A stretch of DNA of 64,000 nt from Syncephalis fuscata S228. Lineage: Eukaryota > Fungi > Zoopagomycota. Position numbers and translations under genes: made by a program. Positions within the stretch are counted from its first letter, which is position 1. Every line of letters starts with the position of its first letter. Below, one piece after another: positions 1 to 14,783 of the stretch. The stretch spans positions 310,001 to 374,000 of the forward strand of contig JAHLTZ010000021.1 in NCBI GenBank assembly GCA_025786725.1. The letters are read 5' to 3'. A model generated the notes under the pieces. It ran no database searches. It was not told the DNA's origin and worked only from the letters and a program-made list of their open reading frames with translations.

Positions 1-1657
1 AGTAACTGAAAGCATAGCATCAATCTTTTTTGTAGAGTCTTTATCTGATATAAATAATGTAGAGATTGAACGCTCATCTTGCAGATTGCCATATAAATGC
101 TGCTTATCAATTGGCTTCTCGTTGCTACAGCATACCACAGATACAACACCATTGCTATTGAGAGAAGGAGTATTATGGTGACAATCTGGTTCATTGGTTC
201 TCTGTATTGATTTGTCGCCTGATTGCAGAATTTTATAAGTAGTATTGTCGGCATCGAGAAGAATACTGGATTTGTCGAGAACATAATTATTCAAATGTTC
301 ACTGTATTGGTATGCTTCTTCCGTTTTAGCATCTTTCTCCATAACTGTGCCTAGCTGAGGCACTGTAAAGTCATCCTCCATCATTGGAGTATCTACGATA
401 ATTCAGCTTCTAGCAAATTTTAAATATGGTGTATTTACCGTGCATTGTAAAACACAAAGGTGTATGAATGTAGTCCTTTTCGATATATCCGGGTTCTGTA
501 GCGCTACTGCTATGCTCGTTTAATTCATCCATTAATGACTTTCCTATAGTAATTTTACACAAATTAGTAATATTGACGTGTGACTCTAATTAATAATCAC
601 CATAAACTTTATCATCTCCATTAGTGGGTAATAAATTCAAAGTGGTTGTCGGATAGAAGGGCAGAGTAGTCTCATCAATAGCAGTTTTTAAGTGGCTGTT
701 GCTTTCTACATTCGAGGTATCATTGCCAGAAGATGCTAACTTTTCTCTATCTAATTGAATATACTGTCTTCCATGCTCATCAATATTTGTAATCAATAGA
801 TTGTGTTCATTTAAACAGTCACACAAATAAGTAAAACCATTGCGCCATTGAGCATTATCTGCGGCATAATTTTGGCAGTCTTGCTGCAAAGAACGAATTA
901 CACCATGCGAATGCTGCAGTTGCTGCTTTAGCTGAGATTGAGATGCCTCACATTTAGCTTGATTTTTCTCCAATACCTCTATGTGCTGATTGGCCTTTAG
1001 AAGATCTCTTTGGGCTTGTCGAAAAATATAACCATCCTTTACGCCTGTCGTCTGTAACTTACGCATTTTTGTCATTAAACGCGCGTGCTCTGGCACCAAC
1101 TGAGAAAGCCGATCGTTGACTTTTTTCAAACTATCCTCGCTCTTTCGAGTTTCTTGCACTAGGCGGGCATTTGCGTCTTCTTTACACTTAAGTTCTGTTT
1201 TTAATGCATCACGTTCTTCTTCCACTATCGCTAAAGTATTTGACAATTGTTCCATTTCATATTCCAGGCGGCGCTGCCTAGTAGAGGAAACTTTTTCAAT
1301 GTCCTGCGTTATATCGATTTCACATAGCAAGTGGTGACCATCCCAGTTATTAATGGGCTGCGGACTAGCGGGCAGTAGAGACGACTGTGACATTACCGTG
1401 TTACAGGCAAATTCATCCTCAATATATTCATCTCTACTATCTAAACTATTAATCGACGTATTAAAGCCTGATGGATGATTGGTCAATTGCTGATCCTCAA
1501 TAGATTCAGCTTTTCTGATACTAGTTTGCTTAGTATCTACCGGTGTAGTTGCTTTGGGTGAACGCGAGGAAGAGCGATAATACCCGGTGGGTGGTTTAGG
1601 CCGTTGCGTTGCCATAGGGCATACGATGCTAGATCCTGATAATGATGCGAACGACAT
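1..1657 (-). CDS. Uncharacterised coiled-coil protein; large first exon 590-1657, probably continuing in further exons toward or past the window start
   Basis: 355-aa ORF with Ser/Pro-rich N-terminus and a long E/K/L/Q heptad-like stretch. Candidate splice sites near 390-610 suggest more exons. No family recognised. Confidence 0.6.
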
Positions 1658-2383
1658 TATTAAAATTGGTCAATACTGTATTGACGCCCCGTTATATCGA
1701 TTTTAGTGGTTAAAATTGCTTGATTAACCAGAAGATACTCAATATCGTTAGTTGTAATTCCGCTCAACGTTCTTTAGCAACAAGCGATGTTGTTCGGTAG
1801 TCGTTATTAAAAAGGGATGTCTTACTAGGTAACACGGAATGATAGCAACATGTAAACAAGTTAATGGATTGGTTGGTCTTTTATTCTAATATACGCTTTT
1901 ATTCATAGTTCAAGGAATTAAATAACAATAAAATAGATAGATAATTGTTGTAAATAAACAATTGTCAAAGGAATGCTGCTGATTTAATAAATGAGTCGTT
2001 TGTATTGATTACCTTGTTTTGCATGACGTGTTACATGGCCAAAAACAATAATAAAATACACATGAACCCCTGGATTCATTTAAAGGAGTATAAACACCCT
2101 GAATAGTTTGTTATGCGCGGAGAGAGAGAGAGCAGAGAACAGTGCCAGTTTTACGTCAAAATATGTGAAATAAAAAACAGCTATTTGCTATAATAGTAAT
2201 ATAGAATATAGTTTATAAGCAAATACAACAGCCTGATCATCTAGACTATTTCTACGGTATTAGAAAAGTTTTAATTTATAAACAATATCATTTAAATAAC
2301 GAAATTCACTCTATTTTTATACTATTAATAATTTTAGTTTTTTAATAAAAATGTTGTCTAATGATTTGTACACTCAATAAATG

Positions 2384-3446
2384 TTAATTTAATGCACCAT
2401 TTTCTGTGTACAAACGTTTGTCAAACGTGTAAATTCTTGTTGCCCAGCGTTTATATACATTATACAAAGATGCCGACCGTTCGTTACTACTTCGGTTGCC
2501 ACCACCACCACCACCACTTACTTTACCCGGTGGTAATGGTAATAAATCAGTAGTTAATAGCTGACATCTAATTGGTATAGTTGTATTAGTGATAATTGAC
2601 TAGCAGCATCGTTACTTACGACATGTGCGTCGTGCGATGTAAATATCGTATAGCCGATATTGCTAATGCCATTGTTCTAGCAGCTAATTCAAGACTATAA
2701 GATGATTAGTTATAGGGGCATTCATTATTACTTATACATTATGATATACTTACGACACAAATTCTCCTAACGTATTTGATTCGTCGCTTAATGAATCAGC
2801 TTTCATGATTAACCAGCTTGATAAACTATCAATTATCAATAGGGTCGGCGTAGTAGTCTGTGGTAAATGTATACTGGCCAATAATGCCATCAATTCACCT
2901 ATTGTTTGTGGATATCTAGTAGCAATCATTATGTATTTACTCAAATAGTATATATATATGTATATATCGCTTTTTTTCTTACTTTATAGTGATTCTAGAT
3001 AGATACGCTTTAATGCCATTCAATTTAGCCGATGGTGTTAATGGCATGCCATGTAATACGGCGGCCAATCGATCTTGAGTAGTTTCCATTTCCACGCCAG
3101 TTGTCGGGTCATTCTCCTTGTAATTCAATAGTTGTTGCAAGCAATCTGCCACTGCTTGCTTATCGCGTACTATATATAATACATGTCGCGGACCTTGACC
3201 ACTATGCACACTATCGCTACTATCGTCACTTGCTGCCAAGTGTTGTATGGCATGGGATAGTGCCCAACTAGTCATTTCAACACGTCTATTGAACTCGACA
3301 TATTACTTTGTTGCAATGCAGGTCAGTCTACCGTGTATTTACCTTGGTTTTGGCATAAGAAATACAATACTGCCGTCATTGGCGATAACCTTATTGGTAA
3401 GCGATGCATGTTCAGTAATAGTGGCCAACAACGATGTTAACGACAT
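2384..3446 (-). CDS. SWSAP1-like (Shu-complex RadA/RecA-like) protein, multi-exon
   Basis: Spliced reading gives ...HVLYIVRD...YLSRITIK/YPQTIGELMALLASIHL...PTLLIIDSLSSWL..., resembling SWSAP1 as I recall it (KIRFQYP..RELFRLL..AH..PSLLLLDGLEEYL). Walker A position appears degenerate. Confidence 0.5.
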
Positions 3447-3629
3447 GGTCAAGCCAAACAAAAAAGAGTAAATGTGATAAAATACATACATACAAATAAA
3501 CTAAACACTATTAAACAGTATACACATATCAATATTAGCAACAACAATGTTTATTTCCATTGAAAGACCAAAGATACGCTTTGTCGTCAATGACAAGTAT
3601 TACTAGATTCGCGCTAAATACCAATAAAT

Positions 3630-4450
3630 TTAAGCATCTTCCTTTTCCTTTACTTCTTCAGTCTTTTCCTCCTCCTCCTCCTCCTCTTCCTTCTTGGTCT
3701 CTTCTTCGGCTTCCTTCGTCTCTGCAACCGATTCCTTCTTGGCCTCAGAAAGCTTCTTCATGACCTCTTGTGCCTTTTCAAAGTGTTCCTTGAACAAATT
3801 AGCGTTCTCAGCGTTGCCGAAACGGATGGCCAATGTCTCGGCATTTGGTGTGCCTTCTGACATATCTGCAGCTACACTCCAAACCCATGAACGATCGCTG
3901 CCAACATTAGGGGCCAACGACATATCTGGCATAACTATTGATGGCACAATAAATAATCTAGTTTATATAAATATAAAAATACACTTACTGGCGTGGTTGG
4001 CACAAAGCTTCAGCGTTTTATCGCGACGCATCACCAAACGAACCTTTTTGGTGTCTCTGTGTTCCAAAATACGCACGTCACCAGTGCCGCGCTCCTTCCA
4101 CTCCTTGGAATCTTTGTCAAAACGGAAAAGTTTGGCGCGCCTAACATACTAATAGTAAGTAGTTGAAGCTCAGATTCATCTTTAACTTACATCTTGAACA
4201 AAACATCTTCATCTTCTTCCATAGTCTTCACCTCTACCTCGGTAAGCTTTAAGACAGGTTCAAAGTGGACGTCTGGGCTTTCGACGACCTCGGCCTCTTC
4301 AGTGGCAGCAGGCTAATAGTTGTCGTGTAAGGATTACGGTTAGACCAGTCAAAATCACTATTGGTATCCATTATCAATCACTAACTGTAGACTTACCGCA
4401 ACAGTGGGCTGCTCCTCCACCTTTGGCTGTTGTTGTTCAGTATCGGCCAT
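3630..4450 (-). CDS. YRB1: Ran-binding protein 1 (RanBD), multi-exon
   Basis: Motifs [54 protein letters not shown]; acidic tail. Confidence 0.95.
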
Positions 4451-4743
4451 ATTGATGATAAAGGGCAGGTAGTAACAGTGATGGAAATGAAAACAATGTA
4501 GATGAAGAAAGTGATATGAGTGTGAGTGTGAGTGGACAGTAAGCGGCCATTATTATTATTATTTGGTGATCATTTTAATTTCTCGTCCAATAATCGATGA
4601 ATAAACACACAGTGGTAAATAGAGAACATTTATTAATACACTAATCATAGATAGACAGGTAATAGTGTATAATTAACCGTAGATATTTATGCACAGATGA
4701 ATATACAAATGAATGGACGCTTAGATAAATAATTAGTCATTTA

Positions 4744-4812
4744 ACTAGTTAGTTAGTTAGTTAGTTGGATGGATGGATGCATGAATGCATGCATAGATGG
4801 ATGGATGGATGG
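4744..4812. repeat. (TAGT)n/(GGAT)n microsatellite tract
   Basis: Seen directly in the intergenic region. Confidence 0.8.
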
Positions 4813-5138
4813 ATATATTATACTGATGCATTACGTCATTATTATAATAAATATTTACGGTAATGTTTGTTATTTATTACGTTGTTATTCAACAACAAAA
4901 CATTGCTACACAAACGTAATCAAGTATATTAAATTGTTAAATAGTGTCTATTTAATATTACAATTTAATGTCTAGTTAATAATTCTATTTTAAATTTGTA
5001 TACATACATATATATATAAATATAAATACGCGGGTTGTTTTAAACTCAACTAAACAGATAGATAGATGTATTTCTACTATAATTATAAATTAAAACAAAA
5101 TATTTTATTTATGATTAGAAAACATACAACACGACTAA

Positions 5139-8100
5139 CTAACGAGATATTGTAGCGGGATGTGGTGGTGATTGGCTTGATGGCCGTTTACCATTGACGG
5201 TACCACCAGTAGGTGATTTTGCTTCTAATCCTGCTGATTCCTTGGCATTTTTAGTATCATTCGTGGATCCAGATGATTTGGATGGTCCAGATCCTGATGG
5301 ATCAGTGGCCATAAGTGGGATTTGTTTAGCCTTTTCAAGTTCTTCCGTAATAGGCGGTAATGTTTTACCCTCGCCTTTAAGTACAATATCAATTTGTTCA
5401 CGCGATAATGTTTCATTCTCGACTAAAGCACGGGCTAATTTGTCTAGTTCCCCTTGATGTGTCTTTAATAGTGTTTGTGCTCGTTCTTTTGCATTCTATA
5501 TCATAACGTGTATCATTAATAACAATAGTATTATAGTTTACTATTCAGTTTACTACTTACCTCAATAAATGAACGAACTTCACTTTCAATAATTAACTTT
5601 GTTTCCGTCGATAGTTGTGGCATATCTTCATCGACATACGCCACCGGTCCTACCTATATTCATATAGTTAGTATTATAGCTACAGCTACACTTATTGTCC
5701 TATTATCTACCTTCTCACTCATGCCAAATTGTGCTACCATACGTCTTGCTACAGCTGTTGCTTTCATAATATCGTTATGGGCACCGGATGTCACGTTATC
5801 ATCGCCAAATATCATTTCCTCTGCTACTCGGCCACCCATGCATACATCGAGCATAGCCAAGTATTCTTGTTTTGTATACGAATCCTTATCCATTTCTGGT
5901 AACTGCACCGTCTATCGTAAATAGTTCATTAGTCACTCGTATTTATGATTAAAGAATAGCCTACCATGCCAAGTGCTTGACCACGCGGCATAATTGTCGC
6001 TTTATGGAGTGGCATGGCCCCTTTTGTGTAATAAGCTACAAGAGCGTGGCCACCTTCGTGATAGGCTGTGACCCGTTTACTCTCATCGGTAATAACGGCT
6101 GAACGACGTTCCGCACCTATATGTATAGCCATTAGAACCGTCCTTTATTAATATTGCTCCATCTTACCCATAATAATTCGATCTTTAGCAAATTCAAAAT
6201 GATGCATCGTTACTTTACGATTGCCTTCACGTGCAGCTTGAATTGCGGCAATATTAACTAAATTTGATAGATCGGCACCTATTACATATGCATACATATT
6301 AGCATTACTATGCCATCTAATTCATAATCCATTATCATTTACCTGAAAATCCCGGTGTACCACGAGCCAGAATACTTAGATTCACATCTATCGTCAACAA
6401 ATATAAATATCAATAGCCCTTTATACGCTTGCTCGCTTACCATCAGCAATAAGAATATTCTTTGTATGTAATGAAAGAATCTGAATACGACCACGTACAT
6501 CCGGTAGTGGTACTGGTACATGACGATCAAATCGGCCAGGCCGTACTAGTGCTTTATCAAGTAGTTCAGGGAAATTAGTTGCGGCCATAACAATAACCCC
6601 TTCAGTTTGTGAAAAGCCATCCATCTCAACCAGTAACTGATTAAGTGTCTGTTTCATGTAAGTTTGATCCTTTGGATTACGTTTACCACCAATGGCATCA
6701 AGTTCATCGATAAAGATAATCGACGGTGCCTTGCGTCGAGCAGCGGCGAATAGTTCACGTACACGACGAGCACCGACACCGACATACATTTCGTCAAATT
6801 CTGAACCAGACATAAAGAAGAAAGGTACATCGGCTTCACCGGCTACAGCTCGAGCCAGTAATGTTTTACCAGTACCGGGTGGACCCGTTAGTAGAACGCC
6901 TTTAGGCAATTTACCACCCAATTCTGTAAACTTGCTAGGATCTTTAAGAAAGGCTACTAATTCCTCAAGTTCATGTTTTGCCTCATCGACACCTTGTACA
7001 TCGGTGAATCGAACAGAACGTTCTGGAGATGGCTCGAATTCCGGTTGAGGTGGTGCCGCCTTAAGTAAACCCGAATTCTCCAAAGCCAACGAAACAAAGG
7101 TCAGCATACAGAAAGCGTAAACAAATGTGGCACCAAATGAACGAACAGCCCGCCAAAATCTAGATCCACGAGCTATAATTGAATAAGTTAGCATATAGGC
7201 CTATTTATATAGCCTATAGCCATACTACTACACTTACGCTCATCAACAATGACATGAAGAGGACTTTCTTTACCGCCTGATCCATTCATGACTGATAGTC
7301 CACTACCACCCATCTCATTACCAATACGCTTTCCTCCTATGCTACTACTGCTACCACCACTGCCCAATGCAGCTTGTAGCAAGTTCTTCATAGGAATACC
7401 TGCATCACCAGTGGCTGTCGATGTTGTTGTGCTATCATGGCCATGAGCAGCCTTACTATTAGGCCATATTTTATCCATTTGACCAGATTTTGCCAATGCT
7501 TCAATGTATAGACGGGCACATGTATCATCTGCAGCAAATTTACCCATTTCATAACGTGATACGACCATTTCAGGATAGCCAGCTCTATTTAATTCCTATA
7601 TTGTAGCATATAAGTATAATATACAATTGAATAAACAGATATATATATACTTACTTTATAGAAATCAGCTTGACGAGCTGGATTATCTGGCATGGCTACT
7701 GCATCAGCCTCTAATCGTTCTAATCGTCGTTCCTGCATATATCGTATAGGATTGGCAAAACTACTCATAGATCGTTGTTGATGTTGTATACGCATAGAAT
7801 AAATAGAATTATTTGAAAATCTATTTGATTTAACTAATAATAATAATAAGTAAATAAATAAATAGATAGATAGCAATATAATCTATATTATTTACCTTGA
7901 CGAATCAAATAACTATTACGCATCGTTTTACTCAATGTATTTGTCGATAGAGAAGTAGTTTTAGGTTGACAAATTGATCGCCATTCTTTGGTTAGTAGAT
8001 GTTGTAGATCTGGTTGTGCTTGTAATAAAGATACGGCCTCAGTGAGTATGGGTGTTGGTAGAACAGAGACTGCTCGGAGTACAATTGGTAAATGTGAGTT

Positions 8101-8477
8101 ATTGTTGTTGAATGTAGATAATTTACTACCCCTAGAAATTGGATACTTTAACTCCTGTTTAGTGTAACTACTATTAAGTATGGTTTTTGTAGTTGTTGTT
8201 GTTGTTGTTGTTACATCAATTGAATGTTGTTGTTGCTGTTGTTGTGGCATAGTAGACACTATCGATAACCGACGACGATTACTAAATAGACGACGCGATG
8301 ATGTAACTGCAGCAGTGGTCGCATCATTAGCAAGTCCCGGCAGCTAATTTGTTACAACGATTGTCAATCAATCAATCAATCAATCAATACAGAGCTAGAC
8401 TAGCTTATTGTACTCGTAAAACTACTTACTCGAGGTGTTGCCACCGCAGCGACCGCCGATAAACTATTCGACCACAT
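5139..8477 (-). CDS. YME1: Mitochondrial i-AAA protease (FtsH family), multi-exon
   Basis: Walker A GPPGTGKT, Walker B IIFIDE, RPGRFD, zinc motif [13 protein letters not shown]; LGGKLPKG and [14 protein letters not shown] typical of Yme1. Confidence 0.95.
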
Positions 8478-8628
8478 AGAGAATTCAATCAAGGAAGAAT
8501 ACGTGTACGCGATCTATCTTGACAAAATTGACTATAATAAACTAAACCTATTCTTTAAACGTATCACCGCAGTAACAGTAGTATATTAATATAGAATATA
8601 ATATAAATACTATTACTGTTTAGTTAAT

Positions 8629-8659
<31 letters not shown>

Positions 8660-8862
8660 AAGAACGAGCAAGTTCAATATAGCAAAGTGGAAAGAAAACA
8701 CGATAATGTCACTGTTGTCATCTCATCTGAAAAAGTATTAATCACATCTCCTATTTGTTAAACTATATTATAATGCGCATTAATAAATTTCCGTATATTT
8801 CCGAGTTGATTAATTACCATTACAAAAAATAGTCACATTATAAAATATTAATGATATGGAGC

Positions 8863-10037
8863 TACTGTACTTTGACTGCTACATTTTTATTTACTCATTT
8901 CATTACCTTTTTCTTATTGTTATTTTATCGTCTTATCTTTTTTTTAGTTGTTTTATTCAGTATTATATTATATGATAGTGTTGGATATAACAATATAAAT
9001 AGTATGTGTATTTGAACATCAATAAAAACACTATTCAATTCCCAGTCTTTACTTTTCTTATTTTACATCAACACCTGTTCAAGTAACTCAACAGCATGCC
9101 ATATATTCTGGTTATAACTGTCGCTATAAGATCTTCCTGGTGAAGACACTTAAACTATCATTATTGCATATGGTGGAGGCCATTTGCTTTATCAATGATA
9201 GGCAAAGAATCTGCATCTACTAAGTTGATATCAAGAATGCTCAAGAAAATGGTAATATCAGAAATGATGTCCTACCTTTTGTCACCATAGACGAGTATCT
9301 TACATAGTAATCTCCCATAGTACAGTATTAGAATATTAGAAAATAGAAGAAACCATTCAAATGCAATAATCCATGCTGTACATAGACGCAACAACAACAA
9401 CAACAACTGTGGAACGATATGGAATTGCGATCAATGGCTTCTATTAATATTCGATCAATCTTTCTACGCATGATCAACAACAACAATAATCGGCCTCAAA
9501 TGTCTCAAAGTAGTTAAATGAGCGTTATAACTATGTTTGTTGTGCATAACAGCATGACTTTAATTGGAACGAATTTTGCTTTGAAGATTACAAATAGGAG
9601 AGTCAAAGTTTAATTCAACCAATTGTAATTACGCCAGCCTACAATACTTGAATCATCTGCTACTTGCTATTGGATTATTCAAATAAGCTGGCATAACATT
9701 GCATCGACAAATCACACTTCTCAGTAGTGGAGACTGATCGACGCTTACTATTCAAGTTATTAGTATAAAACATGTTCATCAATAAAATAATGTATAATAA
9801 AAACATTAAAGCCATTTAATACTAAAAGTCGTTGTTATAGAGCGTACTGCCAATAAATTACTAAATGTAATAGAAAATAAGTACTAATTAATTGACACTG
9901 ATTAATTCAATCGGAGTTGATGTGGCACTACTTCAACAAACAAACCCCTCTCAGTAATAAAAACTGATTGACGATTTATTGTTCAAATTATTGATCTTTT
10001 TGTCCCCAGTTTGAAGCTAGGGAGTCAAAGTACAGTA
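8863..10037. mobile_element. Non-autonomous TIR element (MITE-like), copy 1
   Basis: Left end CTACTGTACTTTGACT (8862-8877) and right end AGTCAAAGTACAGTAG (10023-10038) are inverted repeats, with TA at both ends. About 700 bp (~9320-10033) is near-identical to ~31451-32153. No transposase ORF. Confidence 0.75.
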
Positions 10038-10041
10038 GTTC

Positions 10042-13000
10042 TTATGATGATGCATCATCATCACTCTCTATGATAGCGCTTGATAATCTATTCATTTCAT
10101 TTAGTATTGATATACTTGTAGATTATAACACTTACACGCGACGTCGTGGTGTAGTTGTTGACTTCTTTTTATTAGTCGTTTCTTCTTCTTCTTCTTCTTC
10201 TTCTTCTTCTTCTTCTTCCTCTTCCTCCTGGTCATCCGTATTATTATTATTGTTGTTATTATTATTACGCCCCTTTGATGTTTGTTGATTTTTCTATAAA
10301 TGTACATACATTTATATTATTTAACTATTAAGCTAATAGTGTAGAATATACAATGAATTACCTCTTGTCGCGCCAATTGTTCTTCCAAATCTTCTAGACT
10401 TGGGCCGGCAATATCAACATCATTATCACGATTGACTTCATCATAATCATAATCATCGTCATGTTTGACACGATGATCTGCTTCAGAAGTATTCGTTTTT
10501 CGTTGTCGCTTCTTATTGCCCGTTGTATTGGTAGTACGACGTCGTTTGCCCTTAGTGCTACTACTAGCATTGCCATCATCTTCACCTCCACTACTGTGGC
10601 TACGTTCGGCTGCCTCTGCCTCTGCCTCTGCTTCATCAAGCATTTTCATATCTATTAATGCTTGTTGTTGAATCTGTCGGTTAAGTTCTTCAATACGACG
10701 TTCTTCTGCTTCGCGTGCTCGTTTCTCCTCTTCAACCGCCGCTTCTTTAGCTAGACGTGTTTGTTCGCGGACGGCCAAGGCATTACTTAGAATACGGTCA
10801 CGTTCCGCTTCCCATTCTGATTGATGTTGTTGACGCTCTTGGATACGGCGTAGTAATGAATCACCATATTTCTGACGTTGATCGGCAATTTTACGTGAAT
10901 ATGGCAACTGATCATCTTCACCTGGATAGGCTGCCAATCGTTGAAACAAGCTATATGTATTCATTGGTAAATGGTTATTTAACTTATACGAGACTTACCT
11001 TTTAGCATGTCCTAGACCTGCTGCTGCTTCAAGTAGCATATCTACTGTTCGTTTTTCACTCTCTAAATCACCGACCATATAAGCATAGGTCTGTTGCCTA
11101 ATGCCAGATTATACAATCCCATCAAGTTATCTGGTTCCATATATAATGCCTAATATTATACTATTAATTTATATAACTATACAACTATATAATATAGCTA
11201 ACTACCTTTTGCACATAACGTATGGCTCGTTTCATCATTAATGGATCATTGGCTAAGCGAGCTGCTCTATAAAGCTGGTTGGCAGCACATAACCATAGTT
11301 GTGGATCACAGGTCATACTAGAGAATCGACGAGCACACGTTTCATACTATTAATTGTATTAACATTAATGTTGAATATTAAATAGATTGTAGTATTCCTT
11401 ATTGCTATTTACCATATTTACAGCCTCCATCGATTGTCCTAATGCCGCATAAGCATGGGCCAGATTGATCCATGCACTAGGTATTGTTGATGATGCTTCT
11501 CTTACTTGACCAAATAGATCACGGGCTTCAGAAACCATACCACTTTCAGCTAATACAACACCCAATCCATTGACGGCCAATGTGCATTTTGAATTCTGTC
11601 TCAAGGCAATAGTAAAAAACTCGTAGCCTTTCTTTAATGCTTTATCTCTCTAAACCATTAATTAGCTACTGTTTAGTAGTAATGTTGGCCAATTAACTTG
11701 CCTCTGTACGAGTGGCTTCTCGTCTAGACTGTAGAATGTGTTGCCATCCTGTACCACATAATGCCCAAATATCATAGCGATCATGTGCTTGAAGTACTGT
11801 TTCAAAGTGTTTACGTGCCTTACGAGGATCCACACGAGGGACAGATAGGTAGCGTTCGGCCATTAATAGTGATGCCATGGCTGGTGGAGGTCGTCGTTTC
11901 AGTTCTACTACAAGCTGTTCCATTGATGTTGTTGGATTCTCCTCCATAATGGATAGTCGTAGTCGTGCTATTTAAGATATAGATGTAGATATAGATGTAA
12001 TATATATATATATGCAAATTAGTAATCTATATGTATTAATTGTTAATCGATTATTACCATCTGTATAGGCTGGACATTGTTTCAATAGTGATTGATATAA
12101 TTCCTGTGCCTCTGATAATTGACCCAATTCTTCTTTAAGACGAGCAAGATTGTATTTAATAGTAATTAAATTGGCTTGGTTTGTATCTTGTGTTGATGAT
12201 GATGTTTCTTGATCAGTAGATAACAACATTGTTTTACACCGTTCATACGTTTGTTGTAGACTAGTATGCGCCACTTCTTTATCGCCTATTATGAATAGTA
12301 TAGTGTTAATAATTTATAATGATCTATTTAATATATTTACTTACCTGTTTGATATTCCAAGGCTGCTAAATTATTGGCTACCACTATTGGTACACCATCT
12401 TCACGTGAACTGTAGAGACGATTAGCTGTACGATATGCTATCCACTAGTTATTAGTTTAGTAAATAGCCTAGTTTGTATATAATTACCACGAAGTGCCCG
12501 GGTAGGATCTTTAATTAACAAGGCACTACCCATTTCAGCAAATAGCTCTGCATCAATGGTAAGTGTATCTGATCCATCTGACATCTTGGCTACTACTTTA
12601 TCGAAACACTGCAATGCACTCTCTAATGATTTGCCTGAACTGGCATATAATGAAGCTAGCATCTATATTAAATGATTAGTGCTATATTTTAATAATAAAT
12701 ATACAGATTGTTCAATAAATACTTACCATAAGAATATCAATTGAATCAGGCTGTTCTTTCTTCAATTTCTCTAATAAATCTATAGCTCCGTCATAATCAC
12801 CTAAATTTAACCAATGGTTATTACACTAAATAGCCATATTATTATATTAACTAACCAGCATGAATTAACATTTGTGCACTGCCCAATTGTGACAGTGTAT
12901 ATTGCGGTGTTGATTGAAGTGATCGCTTGTAGTAATTTGCCGCTTCTGTCCATTGTTTCTATATAGAATAGTTATTAGCAATAAACTTATATTATAAACA

Positions 13001-14454
13001 ACTGCCTACTTGATAGTGGTGTGCACGAGCAAGTTGATAATACGCTTCAGCTTTTAATCCATTGGCATCGGCGGTTTTACATGCCACCATGGCACATTTA
13101 ATCACCTATTCAATTGATTAAGTATATAATTTACATTTAATTCAACTACTTACATTGGGCATTTGTCGATTAAAGAAGAATTGATCGGCCAGTCCACAAG
13201 CAGCTGGTGCATGGTGTTTATTCGCTTTAAGTGCCCGTAACAAGGATGACTGTGCTCTTTCTAATCGCTGTCGTTGTTCACTTGCCGTTAATGGTGTTGT
13301 TTCTATAGATGTTTTATTGACCGATCGTTTCACTTCATTCAAATCAAGAATGGCCAGTAATACTAGAGCATCGGCATGAGTTGGATTCTATATTTAATTA
13401 TATTAAAACTATTTGTGTCTATTAATATTAATCGAGTAGTTACCAATTCTATAACTCGTTCAAATGCCATTCGTGCTTGAACGTGCATACCCAGTTGTTC
13501 GAAGCATAGACCAATGCCTACACGTGGATCTGGTCGACGACTAGCTTGCGGTTGTAGTCGAAGAATACGCTGGTATATTTCCAAGGCCTGTCCATACTGC
13601 CTTTTACCATATAATAGTCTTGCCTTATGATTATCGGAATATAAATAAGCATTGAAACTATTTGCGTATCTATACTCACTTTGCCGTAAAGTGCAGCTAA
13701 ATGCTGCGGTGATCGGGTTAGTACTTGTTGGAACTGCCGATCGGCCTCTTCGAGTTGTCGACGTGCCAGTAACCATTGTCCTAGAGTATTGTTTAATAAG
13801 CATATAGACATCAATAGTAAGTAACTTGCCTCGAACGGCCAATGTTGTCGTATCTTGCGGATCTACCTCACTTGCTCGATTCAATAGTTCAACTACTCTC
13901 GTTAGCAATGCTTCTTTGTTTTGTGTTTCATTCTGTGCTGAATTGGATGCGACACCTGTACTACCACCCGTATCAGCATTTGCTTTTGCCAGTAGTAAAG
14001 CAGCTGGCAATTCATTAATGGTAGACGGGCCTGACGTGTCGTTTCATAAGCTATAGTTAAATAAATAGAAAGTAAATAAATAAATAAAATATAATTAATT
14101 ATCCTGTATTAATATGCTATTAGCATATACTTGCGTGTATTAAGGCCACGTTCCAGCATTGTAATTGCTTCTTCTCTCATATCGCGTTTATTGTATTCCA
14201 ACTATCAAGTGCATTAATATGGCTAATACTTGCATTTTACATAGATTTATACTTACAGCAAGTCGTAGATAGTATTGTAATGGTACGCGTTCCTCGTAAA
14301 GAATAGGCGTTAGGTCATCGGCTGGAGTGACCGGCAATTCATCGCAGCTAATATCAATGTATTCTCCCGGTCTATGTAGCGGCAATTCAATAACTTGTCC
14401 TGTTGCGATCCCTGAATTGGGGGCAGGAGTTGCCTTAGTGGCGGCCCCGCTCAT
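10042..14454 (-). CDS. CTR9: Paf1 complex TPR subunit Ctr9, many exons
   Basis: N-terminal IELPL...EYIDISCDELP, PDPRVGIGLCF, NGLGVVLAE...ARDLFGQVRE...AWINLAH, many TPRs, charged tail ending LSSAIIESDDDASS* (stop 10042-10044). Confidence 0.9.
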
Positions 14455-14783
14455 GACAATTGCTTTAAAAACTTGGTAGCAAATGGATTCAAGCGAGTAG
14501 ATGAAGAAGCGATCAAGGTTTAATCTCGCTCAGCTAATATGAGCGCGTTACTCCAACATGATAGACTGTATCGAATGAAGTGTGATTGAATGCAGATCGA
14601 TTCAATCCGATATTGTGCATCCTAGATGGTAAATAATGGCGACTGATGCAATATATATATATATCGATATACTTATTACTCTTCTACATTCCATCTAAAG
14701 AACACGTCCACTATTTCTATTTCTCGTTGATTCTACTATCGGCAAAAGTATTCGTGCCTATTACTTTATCTATCTGCCGTAAC

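Noticed and set aside
3694-4152. Long antisense ORFs over YRB1 (likewise over YME1, ENT3, MIC60)
   Set aside because: Shadow frames of real opposite-strand genes.
10070-10307. Poly-Ser and poly-Lys ORFs
   Set aside because: Alternative frames of the (GAA)n/(AAT)n tract encoding poly-E/poly-N in a CTR9 exon.
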